Below are positions 18,265-27,379 of a stretch of DNA of 64,000 nucleotides, one piece after another. The number at the start of each line of letters is the position of its first letter. Positions within the stretch are counted from its first letter, which is position 1. Made by a program: the position numbers and the translations under genes. Under the pieces are notes generated by a model. It saw nothing but the letters and a program-made list of their open reading frames with translations. It was not told the origin of the DNA and did not search any database. The stretch comes from an uncultured Gammaproteobacteria bacterium (GTDB lineage Bacteria; Patescibacteriota; Patescibacteriia; Magasanikbacterales; JBBTQS01). The stretch is taken from positions 72,384 to 136,383 of the forward strand of contig CAZVIA010000001.1 of the NCBI GenBank assembly GCA_964627525.1. Reading direction: 5' to 3'.

Positions 18265-19339
18265 TTTTTCATTTAAAGCGATTTTATTAGTCGCTACTTT
18301 TGCACTTGTGGGTGCAAGTTGTGGTGGTTCAAGTGATGGAGTTTCAACTGGAGTTTATCGTAGTTCAGACAGGGGAGACACTTGGCAAACTGCTTCAGCG
18401 GTTTTAACAACAAGTGCTGGTCAAACTTCATTAACAAGTGGAGTTGATATTTTGGAATTTGTGGCAGATCCACAAGATTCAAAAGTAATTTATGCTGGAA
18501 CTCGTGCACATGGAATTTGGTACACAATAAATGGGGGGGCTGCTTGGACTCGTCCTAGAAATGAAAACTTAGCAAACAAAAGAGTCCGTTCTCTTGCAAT
18601 AAATCCGTCCAATACTTGTATTTTGTATGCTGCCATTGATAACACAATTCAAAAATCTACAAATTGCGGTCGTACATGGAATGGAATTTATAAAAAAGAA
18701 GGTAAGGGTGAATCTAGTAATTCAGCAGAAGTTATCAATGATGTTGTTTTAAATCCGCACAATGTAAATGAACTTTATATTGGGACATCTGGTGGTTCTG
18801 TTTTAAAAAGTATAGATACTGGGAAAAGTTGGAAATCAGTGACAAGACTTGATGATCCTGTAAAAGAAGTTTTGGTTAATCCTAAGTTGGGTAGTCAAGT
18901 TGTAGTTGCAACTGCAGAAGAGGGGGTATTTAGATCAGATGATGGTGGAAATACTTGGGAAGATATTTCTCCAAATTCAAAAGAGTTTAGGGGTTCAGAT
19001 GAATATAGTTCAGGAGTTTTTGATGCAACTAAAGAAAAAACTTTGTTTATTGCTACTAAATATGGTTTGTTAAAATCAGATGATGCAGGAGATAATTGGG
19101 TTGCTGTTAATTTAAATACAGCACCAGGTGAAGCTCTAATCTTTTCATTAGCAATAAGTCCAAAAAATGCTAACCATATTTATTATGGAACTTTGAATGC
19201 ATTTTATCGCAGTTTAAATGGTGGAGAAACTTGGGAAACAAAGAAGATCCCAACCAATGGTGCAATTACAGCTTTACTTGTTGACAAAGAAGACACAAAC
19301 GTGGTGTACTTAGGGTCAACATTTTTAAATAGAAAATAA
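18257..19339 (+). CDS. BNR/Asp-box repeat beta-propeller lipoprotein
   Basis: Lipobox LVGASCGG. Seven SxDxGxTW repeats (SSDRGDTWQT, STNCGRTWNG, SDDGGNTWED and so on). Confidence 0.75.
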   Translation: MRNFSFKAILLVATFALVGASCGGSSDGVSTGVYRSSDRGDTWQTASAVLTTSAGQTSLTSGVDILEFVADPQDSKVIYAGTRAHGIWYTINGGAAWTRPRNENLANKRVRSLAINPSNTCILYAAIDNTIQKSTNCGRTWNGIYKKEGKGESSNSAEVINDVVLNPHNVNELYIGTSGGSVLKSIDTGKSWKSVTRLDDPVKEVLVNPKLGSQVVVATAEEGVFRSDDGGNTWEDISPNSKEFRGSDEYSSGVFDATKEKTLFIATKYGLLKSDDAGDNWVAVNLNTAPGEALIFSLAISPKNANHIYYGTLNAFYRSLNGGETWETKKIPTNGAITALLVDKEDTNVVYLGSTFLNRK

Positions 19340-19341
19340 AT

Positions 19342-19893
19342 ATGGAATATCTTGAAACTGCCAAGGAGGCAGGCGAAGCTGCTTTTTCTAGATTAAAGCA
19401 GGAGCTTTCTGGTATAAGAACTGGGCGTGCAAACCCAATGCTTGTTGAAGACATTCAGGTTGAGGCATATGACTCAAAACAACCAATGAAAAACGTCGCA
19501 ACAATCACTACGCCAGATGCGCGTACAATTATGATTGCTCCTTGGGACAAAACTTTGCTTGCAATAATTGAAAAAGCAATTACGATTTCAAATCGTGGTT
19601 TAAATCCTGTTAATGATGGAGTTGTTTTGCGTGTTCCAATTCCGGTTTTAACTGAAGAGACTCGTAAGGAACTAGTCAAAACAATAAAAGATAAAATTGA
19701 AGCAGCTAGAATTCGTATCCGTAAAGAGCGTGATGAGATTCGTAGTAAAATTGCTAAGTTGCAAAAAGATGGTGAAATTTCAGAAGATCAAAAGTTTTCA
19801 GATTTTGATAAGCTAGATGAAATTGTAAAAGATTATAATCAAAAAATTGAACAAACAGGAAAAGAAAAAGAAGGAGAAATAATGAAAGTATAA
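19342..19893 (+). CDS. frr: ribosome recycling factor
   Basis: RRF-like sequence throughout, 183 aa. Confidence 0.9.
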   Translation: MEYLETAKEAGEAAFSRLKQELSGIRTGRANPMLVEDIQVEAYDSKQPMKNVATITTPDARTIMIAPWDKTLLAIIEKAITISNRGLNPVNDGVVLRVPIPVLTEETRKELVKTIKDKIEAARIRIRKERDEIRSKIAKLQKDGEISEDQKFSDFDKLDEIVKDYNQKIEQTGKEKEGEIMKV

Positions 19894-19894
19894 T

Positions 19895-21283
19895 ATGCCA
19901 GAAAATACACCAGAAGAAAATTTAATGGAAAAAATTACAAACTTAGCAAAGACTCGGGGTTTTATTTTTCCGGGAAGTGCTATTTATGGAGGGTTGGCAA
20001 ATAGTTGGGATTATGGTCCTCTTGGTGTGCAGTTGAAAAATAATATTAAGGCATTGTGGTGGAAACATTTTGTAACTTCACGCACAGATATGGTTGGTTT
20101 GGATCCAGCTATTATTATGAATCCTAAGGTTTGGGAGGCAAGTGGGCATATTGGAAGTTTTAGTGACCCTTTGGTTGAGTGTAAAAAATGTCATCACAGA
20201 TTTCGTGCGGATCATTTGTTGGAATCAAAACAATTAGAGCCTGGTTATGAAAAAGAAAAGCCAGTTGATTTGAAAAATGTTAATTGTCCAAAATGTGAAG
20301 GTGAATTAACTGAACCGCGTGATTTTAATTTATTGTTCAAAACTTTTATTGGTGCAGTTGAAGATGATCAAAGTGTTGCGTACTTGCGTGGTGAAATTGC
20401 GCAAGGAATGTTTGTGAATTTAAAAAATGTTTTGCAAACAAGTCGTAAGCGTTTGCCATTAGGTATTGCAGCAATTGGAAAGGCTTTTAGAAATGAAATC
20501 ACAACTGGTAATTTTATTTTTAGAGTTCGTGAATTTGAAATAATGGAGTTGGAGTATTTTGTTAAAGAAGATGAATGGGAAAAACATTTTGACATGTGGT
20601 TAGAATCAATGAAAGATTGGTTGTCAAAGTTGGGTGTGGATGAGAAAAAATTGTTTTTCAATGATTTGTCTGAAAAAGATCGCGCGCATTATTCAAAGAA
20701 AACAATTGATATTGAATATGAATATCCATTTGGTCGGAAAGAATTGTATGGTTTGGCGTATCGCACTGATTATGATTTGAAAAAACACACAGAACATTCT
20801 GGTGAAGATTTACAATATACAGATCCAGAAACTGGTGAAAAGTTTTTGCCACATATTGTTGAGCCAAGTATGGGGTTGGATAGAACTATTTTGGCGGTTT
20901 TATTGTCTGCTTATAATGAAGAAGAAGCACCAACTGCGAATAAAGGTGAAACTGAAAAGCGTATTGTAATGAAGTTTCCAAAATATTTAGCGCCAATTCA
21001 GGTTGCTGTTTTGCCTTTGTCTAAAAAACAAGATTTAGTTGAGCTGACTAATGATGTTGCACAAAAGTTGTCTGAAGATTTTGTAACTGAAATTGATGTG
21101 ACTCAATCAATTGGAAAAAGATATCGTCGCCAAGATGAAATTGGTACTCCTTATTGTGTGACAATTGATTTTGATTCTTTGGAAGATAAAAAAGTTACTG
21201 TGCGTGATCGTGACACAATGGAACAAGAGAGAATTGGTGTTGATGAACTTTTAGATTATCTTAAAAAACAATTTGCTTCATAA
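19895..21283 (+). CDS. glyQS: glycine--tRNA ligase, alpha2 (archaeal/eukaryal-like) type
   Basis: N-terminal KTRGFIFPGSAIYGGLANSWDYGPLG and a class II core. 462 aa, single-chain type. Confidence 0.85.
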   Translation: MPENTPEENLMEKITNLAKTRGFIFPGSAIYGGLANSWDYGPLGVQLKNNIKALWWKHFVTSRTDMVGLDPAIIMNPKVWEASGHIGSFSDPLVECKKCHHRFRADHLLESKQLEPGYEKEKPVDLKNVNCPKCEGELTEPRDFNLLFKTFIGAVEDDQSVAYLRGEIAQGMFVNLKNVLQTSRKRLPLGIAAIGKAFRNEITTGNFIFRVREFEIMELEYFVKEDEWEKHFDMWLESMKDWLSKLGVDEKKLFFNDLSEKDRAHYSKKTIDIEYEYPFGRKELYGLAYRTDYDLKKHTEHSGEDLQYTDPETGEKFLPHIVEPSMGLDRTILAVLLSAYNEEEAPTANKGETEKRIVMKFPKYLAPIQVAVLPLSKKQDLVELTNDVAQKLSEDFVTEIDVTQSIGKRYRRQDEIGTPYCVTIDFDSLEDKKVTVRDRDTMEQERIGVDELLDYLKKQFAS

Positions 21284-21285
21284 GT

Positions 21286-22557
21286 ATGAAAATGGAATAC
21301 AATAAAAAGCGTCTTGAAAATGGCGCAACATTAATAACTGTTCCATTAAAAAGTACTTCATCAGTAACAATTTTTATTGGTTTTCCAGTTGGGTCGCGTT
21401 ATGAATCAAAACGTATAAACGGTGCTTCTCATTTTATTGAACACATGATGTTCAAGGGCACTAAGCGTCGTCCAACAACAAAAGATATTTCAATGGAAAT
21501 TGATGGAGCTGGCGCACAATGGAATGCATTTACTAGTAAAGAAGTTACAGCTTATTATATTAAAATTGATTCAGCGCGTTTGGAAGAAGCTGGTGATTTG
21601 TGGGAAGATGTTTTGTTTCATAGTAAGTTTGACACAAGAGAATTTGAAAAAGAAAAAGGTGTAATTAATGAGGAGTTGCGAATGTACGAAGATACTCCTT
21701 TGCGAGATGTGCAAGAAGAGTTTGAGGTTTTGATGCATGAAGGTTCTGCTTTGGGGTATAAAATTGGTGGAACTCCAGATATAATAAATGCTTTAAAGCG
21801 AGTCGATTTAATTAAGTATCGTGATAAGTTTTATCATCATAATAAAATGGTTGTTTGTGTTGCTGGAAATTATTCTGAAAAACAAATTGATTTTATTGAA
21901 AAACTTTTTGCGAAAGGAAATAAAAAAGGTGCAATGCCGAAATTTCAGTTGAGTCGTCCTGGAAAAAGTAAAGTTAATGTTCGTTTGAAATATAAAGATA
22001 CAGATCAGGTTCATATTGCTTTGGGGTTTCCAGCTTATAAAAAAGGAGACAAGAGGTTGCTGGCTTTGAGTTTGTTGCAAAATATAATGGGTGGAACAAT
22101 GAGTTCTAGATTATTTAGAGAAGTTCGTGAGAAAAGAGGGTTGGCTTATAGTGTGCGAACAGATATTGAAGCTTATCGTGATTGTGGAAATACTTATGTG
22201 CATGCTGGTTTGCACACACAAAGAATTGATCAGGCGGTTGAAGTTATTGTGCGTGAATTAAAAAAAGTTGCTGAAAAAGGTGTGACATCAAAAGAATTAA
22301 AATATGCAAAAGGTAATGCGCGTGGTGGAACAATTTTAGCTTTAGAAGATTCAAGTGCTGTTGCAAATTATTTTGCAGGACAACAGTTGTTGTTGGATAA
22401 AATTAAAACACCAGGGCAGAAATTAGAAGAATTGGAAAAAGCTACTTGTGCTGATGTGCAAAAAGTAGCCAAAGAGATTTTTGATTTTAAGAAAGTTAAA
22501 ATGGCGGTGATTGGGCCGTTTAAAGATAAGAAGAAATTTGAGAAATTATTAATGTGA
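21286..22557 (+). CDS. M16-family zinc peptidase (insulinase-like)
   Basis: HFIEHMMFKGT inverted zincin HxxEH motif. Confidence 0.8.
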   Translation: MKMEYNKKRLENGATLITVPLKSTSSVTIFIGFPVGSRYESKRINGASHFIEHMMFKGTKRRPTTKDISMEIDGAGAQWNAFTSKEVTAYYIKIDSARLEEAGDLWEDVLFHSKFDTREFEKEKGVINEELRMYEDTPLRDVQEEFEVLMHEGSALGYKIGGTPDIINALKRVDLIKYRDKFYHHNKMVVCVAGNYSEKQIDFIEKLFAKGNKKGAMPKFQLSRPGKSKVNVRLKYKDTDQVHIALGFPAYKKGDKRLLALSLLQNIMGGTMSSRLFREVREKRGLAYSVRTDIEAYRDCGNTYVHAGLHTQRIDQAVEVIVRELKKVAEKGVTSKELKYAKGNARGGTILALEDSSAVANYFAGQQLLLDKIKTPGQKLEELEKATCADVQKVAKEIFDFKKVKMAVIGPFKDKKKFEKLLM

Positions 22558-22560
22558 TTT

Positions 22561-22600
22561 TTTATGGGATTTTTGCGTTGGCGCAAAAATCCCATAAAAT
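22561..22600 (+). terminator. intrinsic terminator
   Basis: tgggatttttgcg ttgg cgcaaaaatccca, a perfect 13-bp stem. Confidence 0.6.
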
Positions 22601-22612
22601 AAACCCAAATAT

Positions 22613-23326
22613 ATGAAAAAAGTTTTTTGCAACTGGAAAATGTATTTAAGTTCTGAAGAAGCTGTGGCTTTATCTGCAGAAATTGCTGAAAATCATGGAA
22701 ATAAAGGTGATGCAATTGCTGTTTTTCCTTCTGCTGAAGTTTTGGATCAGGTTTATCAAATAATTGAATCAACAGATGTGGTTTTAGGTGCACAAAATTG
22801 TCACTGGGAAGGTGTTGGTGCACACACTGGTGAACTGTCTGCAGACAACTTAAAAGAGCTGGGTTGTCATTATGTTTTGGTTGGACATTCAGAACGTCGG
22901 GCAATGGGGGAGACAGACGAACAAATTAATTTAAAAATAAAATCATCACGCGCCAGTGGTTTGGTTCCTGTTTTGTGTGTTGGTGAATTAGAAAAAGATC
23001 GCGCAGACGGGAAGCAAGAGGAAGTTGTGAACGCTCAATTAGAAGCTGGCTTAAGAGATGTAGAAGGTGGAAGTTTTATTGTAGCTTATGAGCCGGTTTG
23101 GGCAATTGGAACTGGAAATCCTGCAACACCAGAAGATGCAGAAAAAATGTGCGCGTATATTAAGGAGAAAATTGCAGATAAAGAAATTGAAGTTTTGTAT
23201 GGTGGTTCTGTAAATCCAGATGATGTTAAAAAATATCGTGACTTGGAAAATGTGGATGGGTTTTTAATTGGTGGTGCATCAACAAAAGCTCAAACTTTGT
23301 TTCCAATAATAGAAACTTTAGAATAA
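22613..23326 (+). CDS. tpiA: triosephosphate isomerase
   Basis: AYEPVWAIGTG active-site loop and LVGHSERR. Confidence 0.9.
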   Translation: MKKVFCNWKMYLSSEEAVALSAEIAENHGNKGDAIAVFPSAEVLDQVYQIIESTDVVLGAQNCHWEGVGAHTGELSADNLKELGCHYVLVGHSERRAMGETDEQINLKIKSSRASGLVPVLCVGELEKDRADGKQEEVVNAQLEAGLRDVEGGSFIVAYEPVWAIGTGNPATPEDAEKMCAYIKEKIADKEIEVLYGGSVNPDDVKKYRDLENVDGFLIGGASTKAQTLFPIIETLE

Positions 23327-23329
23327 AAT

Positions 23330-24232
23330 ATGCTGTACGGATATTTACCGATTTTAATAATTTTAATTGGGCTGGCAATTGCAGTTGTAATTATTATACG
23401 AAAGTTTCCTCAATTAAAAGTTTTGGATGTAGATGAGTTGCCAGAAGAACAAGATCGTAAAAAGAAAGATAAGTTGTTAGAGGAAAAATTTTATCGCGCA
23501 ATGAGTCCTTTGAAAAAACGTGGGATTGGTTGGGGTAGAAAGTTTTTGGAAAGAATGAAAGTTTTTCAAGAAGATTTTCGTGGTTATGTAAATAGGATTG
23601 CTGATTCATATCGCGAAGAGCATGGAAAAGTTCACAAGAAAAAACAAAAATCCAAAACTCCGGCAGAGCGCAAAAAAGAAGTTGCGCGTTTGGTGGAAGA
23701 AGCAGATGAATTGAGACATAAAAATGATTTAGTGCATGCTGAAGAAAAATATATTGCTGCGATTGGAATTGCGCCGCGAAGTATTAGTGCTTATAAAGGT
23801 TTGGGAAAAGTTTATTTTGCACAAGAAAAGTTTGATGATGCGCGTGAGACTTTTACTTATTTGGCAAAGTTGGCAAAGAGTGATGATATTGTTCATGCGT
23901 TTTTGGGAAGGATTGCTAAGGCAAAAGAAAAATGGGAAGAATCTGTGAAGCATTATAAGCGTGCGATTGAATTAAATGGAGGTTTGGCTAAGCGACATAT
24001 TGATATTGCAAAAGTTTATATTGAGTTAGATAAAAAACGTGAGGCTGTTGCAGCGTATCGCAGAGCGTTTGAGTTAGAGCCAAAAAATCCAGCGGTTTTA
24101 GATCAGATAATTGAGTTTGCTTTTGATGTAAAAGATAAGGTTTTGGCAAGGGAAATGATTAAGCGTTTGCAAGAAGTAAATCCAGAAAATAAAAAGTTAG
24201 AGCAGTTTAAAAAAGATTTGCAAAAGTTGTGA
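23330..24232 (+). CDS. TPR-repeat protein with N-terminal TM helix
   Basis: N-terminal hydrophobic helix, then repeated A..Y..A TPR-like helices. Confidence 0.55.
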   Translation: MLYGYLPILIILIGLAIAVVIIIRKFPQLKVLDVDELPEEQDRKKKDKLLEEKFYRAMSPLKKRGIGWGRKFLERMKVFQEDFRGYVNRIADSYREEHGKVHKKKQKSKTPAERKKEVARLVEEADELRHKNDLVHAEEKYIAAIGIAPRSISAYKGLGKVYFAQEKFDDARETFTYLAKLAKSDDIVHAFLGRIAKAKEKWEESVKHYKRAIELNGGLAKRHIDIAKVYIELDKKREAVAAYRRAFELEPKNPAVLDQIIEFAFDVKDKVLAREMIKRLQEVNPENKKLEQFKKDLQKL

Positions 24233-24255
24233 GGAGGGCTAAAAAGGTGGGCTAA

Positions 24256-24329
24256 GCCACAGTAGCTCAGTTGGTTAGAGCGCATCCATGGTAAGGATGA
24301 GGTCTCCGGTTCGATTCCGGACTGTGGCT
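24256..24329 (+). tRNA. tRNA-Thr (anticodon GGT)
   Basis: Cloverleaf by hand: acceptor gccacag/ctgtggc, D arm gctc..gagc, anticodon stem catcc/ggatg with loop atGGTaa, T arm tccgg ttcgatt ccgga. Confidence 0.85.
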
Positions 24330-24342
24330 CATAAACAATATA

Positions 24343-24371
24343 TTGATAAAATCCAAAAAATCTGCTAAAAT
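24343..24371 (+). promoter_or_regulatory. promoter TTGATA-N17-TAAAAT for the Fic toxin-antitoxin pair
   Basis: ttgata at 24343, a 17-nt spacer, taaaat at 24366. The SD aaaggtga lies 5 nt before the antitoxin ATG. Confidence 0.5.
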
Positions 24372-24380
24372 AAAGGTGAT

Positions 24381-24527
24381 ATGAGAGAAAAAATTGCCAA
24401 AAAAAAAGAACTAAAAAAAGCAGTATCTAGATCTTCAAAACTCGAAGGTCTTAGTTGGAATAGTGCAAAAAAAAATACTTCTATCATCCGCAAACTAAAA
24501 AAATATGGCAGAGCCTTCTCGATATAG
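24381..24527 (+). CDS. small Fic antitoxin (FicA/VbhA-like) with SxxxEG inhibitory motif
   Basis: 48-aa ORF absent from the ORF track (under 60 aa): MREKIAKKKELKKAVSRSSKLEGLSWNSAKKNTSIIRKLKKYGRAFSI. SSKLEG fits [ST]xxxE[GN]. Overlaps the fic start by 23 nt and has a good SD. Confidence 0.6.
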   Translation: MREKIAKKKELKKAVSRSSKLEGLSWNSAKKNTSIIRKLKKYGRAFSI

Positions 24528-25116
24528 TGTTAGTGATAAGGATGCAGGTGTTCAAAATGGTATTTTAAAAAATAAACTCAAGATTAAAGACCAGAAAATT
24601 TTGGATGATGCTGAAACCATACTTCTTGGTGACACATATACGCATTTTTTTGAATTGCTTGAAAAAGGTGAAATTAAATTTGATTTTTCTCTGATATTTG
24701 AGATACATAGATTTTTTTTAAACACTTTGTATTCTTGGGCTGGAAAGACTAGGACTATTGATATTTCAAAAGACGGAATGTTTTTTGCCTCGGTAAAATA
24801 TATTGATAGTTCGCTTAAAGATTTTGAACAGATTTTGAGAAAAAATATTCCAGTTGAAAAAGATACAAAGAGAAGGTTCGCGCAAAAACTTGCTGTTATT
24901 CACAATGAATACAATGCTATTCATCCATTTCGTGAAGGTAATGGGAGAGCTGTTCGTCTTTTTCTTGATTTGCTTGTAGTAAAATTTGGATACAATCCAA
25001 TTGATTGGAGTAAAAAACAAAAAAATAAGTATATCGAAGCATGTGTCAAAGGCATGTCACAAAAAAATAAACAGATGGAGCAGATAATTTATTTTGGTTT
25101 GTATAAGCAAAAGTAA
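24505..25116 (+). CDS. fic: Fic-domain protein (class I Fic toxin, AMPylation/adenylyltransferase family)
   Basis: HPFREGNGRAVRLF matches the Fic motif HxFx(D/E)GNGRxxR. 203 aa. Confidence 0.85.
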   Translation: MAEPSRYSVSDKDAGVQNGILKNKLKIKDQKILDDAETILLGDTYTHFFELLEKGEIKFDFSLIFEIHRFFLNTLYSWAGKTRTIDISKDGMFFASVKYIDSSLKDFEQILRKNIPVEKDTKRRFAQKLAVIHNEYNAIHPFREGNGRAVRLFLDLLVVKFGYNPIDWSKKQKNKYIEACVKGMSQKNKQMEQIIYFGLYKQK

Positions 25117-25207
25117 ATGACATGGTTTTGTCCTGTGGGTAATATAGATCTGGACAAATTCTGTCAGATATAATATCATTATTTCAGTTAATTTAGTTTT
25201 ATTATTA

Positions 25208-25291
25208 GGGTCGGTAGCGAAGTGGTTAAACGCATCAGACTGTAAATCTGACGGCCTCGTGCCTCCGGGGGTTCGAATCCCTCCCGGCCCA
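25208..25291 (+). tRNA. tRNA-Tyr (anticodon GTA), long variable arm
   Basis: Acceptor gggtcgg/ccggccc, anticodon stem tcaga/tctga with loop ctGTAaa, long variable arm, T arm ttcgaat. Confidence 0.8.
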
Positions 25292-25294
25292 CAA

Positions 25295-25388
25295 AACTTA
25301 AAAAACATATTATTTGTTCCTATCCCGTGCTAATTCTAGCACTCGACCCTCAACGGGTAAGTGTCACAAATAATATGTTTTTTAAGTT
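25295..25388. mobile_element. 94-bp MITE-like element or integration scar: perfect 23-bp terminal inverted repeats around a 48-nt structured core
   Basis: aacttaaaaaacatattatttgt (25295-25317) and acaaataatatgttttttaagtt (25366-25388) are exact reverse complements. The core contains nested hairpins cccgt..acggg and gtgcta..tagcac. Sits 3 nt after tRNA-Tyr. Confidence 0.45.
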
Positions 25389-25503
25389 AATAAATTAATT
25401 TACAACAATTTTACTAACTAAAACTTGTTTTTTTTACATTAAGTGTATACTTCGTATCAACTGGCGTGAATGGACACGTCAAAAAAGCAAAGGAGGGTTA
25501 GCC

Positions 25504-26049
25504 ATGAAAAAGGCAACCTACTTGTTGTTGGCAGGGCTAGCGCTCGTTGCGCTGGTCTGGCCAATCTTGGCAACAGCATCTCAACCGTCAGACGACGCGG
25601 GAGAGCAGTTGTGCCAGGTTTGGCCGGGGATTTCGTTCTGCATGTCAGCACCCGACGAGGTCGTGGTTGCTGGCAGTGATCTGTTGTTCACGTTCGATGA
25701 TCAGAGCGCGCCGCAGATCCTGATGCAGGACAAGAACGGGTTGTTCATGGTGACGGGGCTGATCCAGGTTCCGTATGACCAGTTGGCAGTGCTGATGAGC
25801 CAGAAACTCGTCGGACTGCTGATCTGGGAAGATGGGCAAGGTCGTATTCTCATGCAGGCGCCCGACGGGCTCTTCGTGTGGTGCGACAAAGCAGAAGGCA
25901 CGTGCTTTATCATGGAGAAGAAGCCGGCGGAGAGCGGCGACTTCATCATGCAGAGCAGCTTGATCATCGGACCGTGTACTGGGAATCTCATTCTGGTGAA
26001 CAAGGCTTGGGGTGGTCCGATCGTGCCAATCAACATCGTGTTCTGTTAG
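25504..26049 (+). CDS. secreted hypothetical protein, horizontally acquired (about 57% GC against a 33% GC genome)
   Basis: Signal peptide MKKATYLLLAGLALVALVWPILATA. SD aaaggaggg precedes the ATG. Strongly GC-rich codon usage unlike neighbours. Confidence 0.7.
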   Translation: MKKATYLLLAGLALVALVWPILATASQPSDDAGEQLCQVWPGISFCMSAPDEVVVAGSDLLFTFDDQSAPQILMQDKNGLFMVTGLIQVPYDQLAVLMSQKLVGLLIWEDGQGRILMQAPDGLFVWCDKAEGTCFIMEKKPAESGDFIMQSSLIIGPCTGNLILVNKAWGGPIVPINIVFC

Positions 26050-26075
26050 TACTGCACAGACAGTGCGAAGCAGAA

Positions 26076-26126
26076 AAACACGCGAGAGCGTCTAGGTAAC
26101 ACTAGGCGCTTCTCTGTTTTTTTAAA
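26076..26126 (+). terminator. intrinsic terminator
   Basis: GC hairpin cgcgagagcg...cgcttctctg followed by T7. Confidence 0.5.
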
Positions 26127-26194
26127 TTAAATTTGATACATGGTTTAAAAAGTTATAAAGTAAGAATGTAAGAAATTATTACTTATATAAAAAT

Positions 26195-26440
26195 ATGAAT
26201 GTGATTTTAAAAGCTACTACAAAAGGGCAAATAACTTTGCCTGCAAAATGGAGAAGGTCTTTTAATACAGATCAGTATCTTGTAACAAGTAAGGGTGGAA
26301 TGCTTGAGGTGCGCCCTGTTGATCTTAAATCAGCTATAAATACAAAAGATGAATATACTGTTTTTGATGCAATCCGAGATAATAAAGGTAAAGGTATAAA
26401 AGCAAAAGATCTTGTAAAAGTTTTGAAAAAAATGACTTAA
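26195..26440 (+). CDS. AbrB/MazE/SpoVT-family swapped-hairpin DNA-binding protein (antitoxin-like), AT-rich
   Basis: KGQITLPAKWRRSFN is typical of AbrB/MazE N-termini. 81 aa. No cognate toxin adjacent. Confidence 0.5.
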   Translation: MNVILKATTKGQITLPAKWRRSFNTDQYLVTSKGGMLEVRPVDLKSAINTKDEYTVFDAIRDNKGKGIKAKDLVKVLKKMT

Positions 26441-26608
26441 GCTTTTATGGATCAAATACAAAAATTGTTTAAGATAGTATAAAATTAAGAAATGAGCAGA
26501 TTTATAAATAATATTTTTTAAATTAAAAAAGACCTCACTTCGTGTGGGTCTTTTTTGTTGTTTAAGTTTCTGACTCATCTTGAGTCAGTCGGCCGAAATG
26601 GCCTGTCC

Positions 26609-27226
26609 TTAGTGGATCGCCTCGTTGTCGTCCATGCCAGCTCCTGTCACGTTGCAGTGCACCCGAATGGCGCTCCGCGGAATCGTGACACAGAACTCAC
26701 CGTGTTCTGAGGAGGTCGAAACCTCTTCAGTGGTGGTCAACACAATGTGCCTTCCCACCTCACAGTTCGCCTTGACAAGGACTTGCTCGATCCACTCCAC
26801 CAGGTTGTCCGTGGCAGTACGCTCACCCAAGTCCATTGCTTCGACCTCGGGCATGCACTGTTCGAACACCACGATCGTCGGGATGCGCACCGTCTTGGTG
26901 AATATCACGCCGCCACTCTTCTTCGAGCTTGGGGTGGGCTTGGATTCCTTGGTCGTCAGCGTCTTGCCAGCAACCCAGGTTTCCTCCTTGTCTTGGATCT
27001 CCACCTCGCTGCCGGTTTGGCGAGCGAAGCGCAGAACCTCCAGGAGGGTGGGATCGCCGCGCCCGACGTCCACGGTCTCCTCGCCAGCGACCGGAGTCGC
27101 TGTCCGAGTCGGACCGCCTGCAGGTTGAGCTGTCGCCGTCGTGGCACAGCCTGGGTTGAGGGCGATAATAGCTATGACCACCGCAAGGGCGATCGAAGAA
27201 AAAATCAGTTGCACTATTGCCTTCAT
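26609..27226 (-). CDS. hypothetical lipoprotein, horizontally acquired (about 58% GC)
   Basis: Start MKAIVQLIFSSIALAVVIAIIALNPGCATT (signal plus lipobox-like NPGC). It is preceded by SD caaggaga and by a perfect TTGACA-N17-TATAGT promoter. Confidence 0.65.
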   Translation of the reverse strand: MKAIVQLIFSSIALAVVIAIIALNPGCATTATAQPAGGPTRTATPVAGEETVDVGRGDPTLLEVLRFARQTGSEVEIQDKEETWVAGKTLTTKESKPTPSSKKSGGVIFTKTVRIPTIVVFEQCMPEVEAMDLGERTATDNLVEWIEQVLVKANCEVGRHIVLTTTEEVSTSSEHGEFCVTIPRSAIRVHCNVTGAGMDDNEAIH

Positions 27227-27350
27227 TGAAGGGTGTCTCCTTGTGGTTTGATTTACGGTCGTTTGTGCAGTTTTAGAGAACCCTACTGATGATCTGTTCT
27301 GCGTCAGCTCATCATGCAGTACTCTCCAAAAAGTACATATTAAACAGATA

Positions 27351-27379
27351 ACTATAGCATATTTTAGCGATTTTGTCAA
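27351..27379 (-). promoter_or_regulatory. sigma70 promoter TTGACA-N17-TATAGT driving the GC-rich lipoprotein gene
   Basis: Reverse complement of 27351-27379 reads ttgaca aaatcgctaaaatatgc tatagt. Near-identical (26/29) to the promoter at 60899-60927. Confidence 0.6.
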
